Shown here: in pieces, positions 62,101 to 64,000 of the stretch
How positions within the stretch are numbered: position 1 is the first letter of the stretch
Layout: every line of letters begins with the position of its first letter
DNA from: Squalus acanthias
Taxonomy: Eukaryota
Reading direction: 5' to 3'
Length of the DNA stretch: 64,000 nucleotides
NCBI GenBank assembly: GCA_030390025.1
Contig: CM059432.1
Coordinates: 17,238,001-17,302,000, forward strand
The notes under the pieces: generated by a model
The model's database searches: none
The model's input: only the letters and a program-made list of their open reading frames with translations
Told to the model about the DNA's origin: nothing
Made by a program: the position numbers and the translations under genes

Positions 62101-62320
62101 GTTGGCCAGGATACTAGGAGAAGTGCTGGCATGTCTTTGAATAGTACCATAGGATCACTTCAATAAACAGATATGGCCTCTGCTTAACATCTCATCCAGA
62201 AAAACAAACAGACAGCACCTCTTAAAAATACAGCTCAGGTTTTGTGCTCAATTCCTGGAACGGATTGAACCCACAACCTTCATCCCTCAAAGGCAAGAGC
62301 ATATCAAGTGAACCAAACTG
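62101..62320 (-). mobile_element. Old Deu-domain SINE fragment
   Basis: Reverse complement resembles 49720-49915 (ggttgtgggttcaatcc...gatgagatgttaagc...gatcctatggtactattcaaaga...tcctggccaa). Confidence 0.6.
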
Positions 62321-62988
62321 AGATTTATAATCAGAAGCTCTTTAATTTATGCACACCCCCAAAAACATCGGAGCTGAATTCAAGATCAGCTCCCCACTCC
62401 ACTTATCATTTTAGTGACCACTGACTGAATTCAATTATCGTGCTCTTTCTCTCAATGCCATCATCAAATTATTAAGATTCCAAGGGAGTCCAGAGAGAAG
62501 TTCCAACAGCCCAATAAGTAAATGTCTCCTACAGTGCACTCCTGTTAACTGCAGAATTACTGTCGTACAAAAACGTATTCCTTGTTGAGTGTATACACTC
62601 AAGAGGAGTAAGAGATCCACAGCAACTTCATAGTACAGAAATTGCAGTCATTATTTTAGAAAATGGAGCTTTTAATTCAAAATGATAAGAAAGTTTAAGG
62701 TTAATTTAAGTGTTTATTGTTCCCCATTGTTTTTCCTTATATCCTGGAAATTCTGTGAGCGATGTTATCATATGAACACCTAACACAAATTATTTCAAAC
62801 TGCCTCCAATAAAATAGTGGTGAGAGAAGTTTGATACATTAAGTGTTCATTCGGTAGCAGCACTCATTTCCAGGCTAACAGTTTTTTTTCCTCACGTGCC
62901 TATGTCGAAATTTATTTAACCTTCTCACTTGCAGATTCAGCTGCATTGATACGATATTAATTTTGAAAGAGCTAATCATTGACAAAAT

Positions 62989-63070
62989 GGCCCTGAAGTT
63001 GCAGTCGGTATAATGGCAAACTGTCAGAGTTCAAATCATTCCGCCTTTGAAACTGACCGCAACTTCGGGA
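62989..63070. repeat. Hairpin / MITE terminus remnant
   Basis: ccctgaagttgcagtcgg ... ctgaccgcaacttcggga inverted repeat. Confidence 0.45.
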
Positions 63071-63257
63071 TTGCGAGATCCTTGTGTGGCGCGTACTTCG
63101 GGGCCAGCAGCGGATGCCTTCGCTTCGCTGCTAACCACAAAGTCAATGCCAACATTTTTAACTCCAGGGCAAAGTTTTGACTGCATTGTGGTCAGTGTTA
63201 TTAAAGTCATAATCCTGTTAAATCTGCAGGATCAAACAACTGTTTAAGTAGTGCACT

Positions 63258-64000
63258 GTGCTTAAACAAAAGGGCATTCTGGAGGGGGAGGGTGAACAGC
63301 CAGTTGTCGTGGTGCATATAGGTACCAACGACATAGGTAAAAAACGGGATGAGGTCCTAAAAGCTGAATATAGGGAGTTAGGAGGTAAATTAAAAATTAG
63401 GACCTCAAAGGTAGTAATCCCAGGATTGCTACCAGTGCCACGTGCTAGTCAGAGTAGAAATAGAAGGATATTTCAGATGAATACGTGGCTAGAGGAATGG
63501 TGCAAGGGGGAGGGATTCAAATTCTTGGGACATTGGAACCGGTTCTGGGGGAGGTGGGACGAGTACAAACTGGACGGTTTGCACCTGGGCGGGACCGGGA
63601 CCGATGTCCTAGGGGGAGTGTTTGCTAGTGCTGTTGGGGAGGGTTAAACTAAAATGGCAGGGGGTTGGGAACCTGTGCAGGGAGACAGAGGAAAGGGAAG
63701 CAAGGATAGAAACAAAAGACAGGAAGGAGAAAAGCAAAAGTGGAAGGCAGAGAAATCAAGGGTGTAAATCAAAGAGGGCTACAGTAAATAATAATTCTAA
63801 AAGGACTAAGAGTGTCAAAAAAACAAGCCTGGAGGCTTTGTGTCTTAATGCGAGGAGCATTCGTAATAAGGTGAATGAATTAGCTGCGCAAATAGATGTA
63901 AACGGATATGATATAATTGGGATTATGGAGACATGGCTCCAGGGTGACCAAGGCTGGGAATTCAACATCTAGGGGTATTCAATATTCGGGAAGGACAGGC
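63258..64000 (+). mobile_element. CR1 LINE: ORF1 C-terminal SGNH esterase region and ORF2 start, running out of the window
   Basis: VVVVHIGTNDIGK...DGLHL (SGNH blocks), then LCLNARSIRNK...METWLQGDQGW with a premature stop at 63970-63972. Confidence 0.92.

Noticed and set aside
61514..62117. Long ORFs of 179-199 aa
   Set aside because: Artefacts of translating the N gap.

Overview
Eukaryotic, repeat-dense vertebrate DNA. The repeat content (V-SINE/HE1-like and Deu-domain SINEs, abundant CR1, L2 and Penelope-like elements) points to a cartilaginous fish (shark); this is inference. The only host gene I can support is SLC45A4 on the minus strand: its first coding exon (CDS 30677-30908, plus a uORF-rich 5' UTR up to an acceptor at 31225) and the next 189-bp exon (14474-14662). 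The rest is intronic or upstream sequence filled with decayed and often nested CR1, L2, Penelope-like, SINE, MITE and a possible solo-LTR insertion, with a 500-N gap at 61532-62031. Most notable: (1) Penelope-derived fold-back insertions flanked by 11-14 bp target-site duplications (TSDs), including a ~700-bp palindrome with a minimal hammerhead-ribozyme motif in each arm, and two hammerhead families whose stems covary; (2) an apparently full-length single-ORF LINE starting with a tRNA-like A/B-box head, plus a SINE in the same window that is its head+tail deletion derivative; (3) a uORF cluster upstream of SLC45A4; (4) a decayed KCTD-type BTB relic in an intron. All family names come from motif recognition by eye, not database searches, and many repeat boundaries are approximate.
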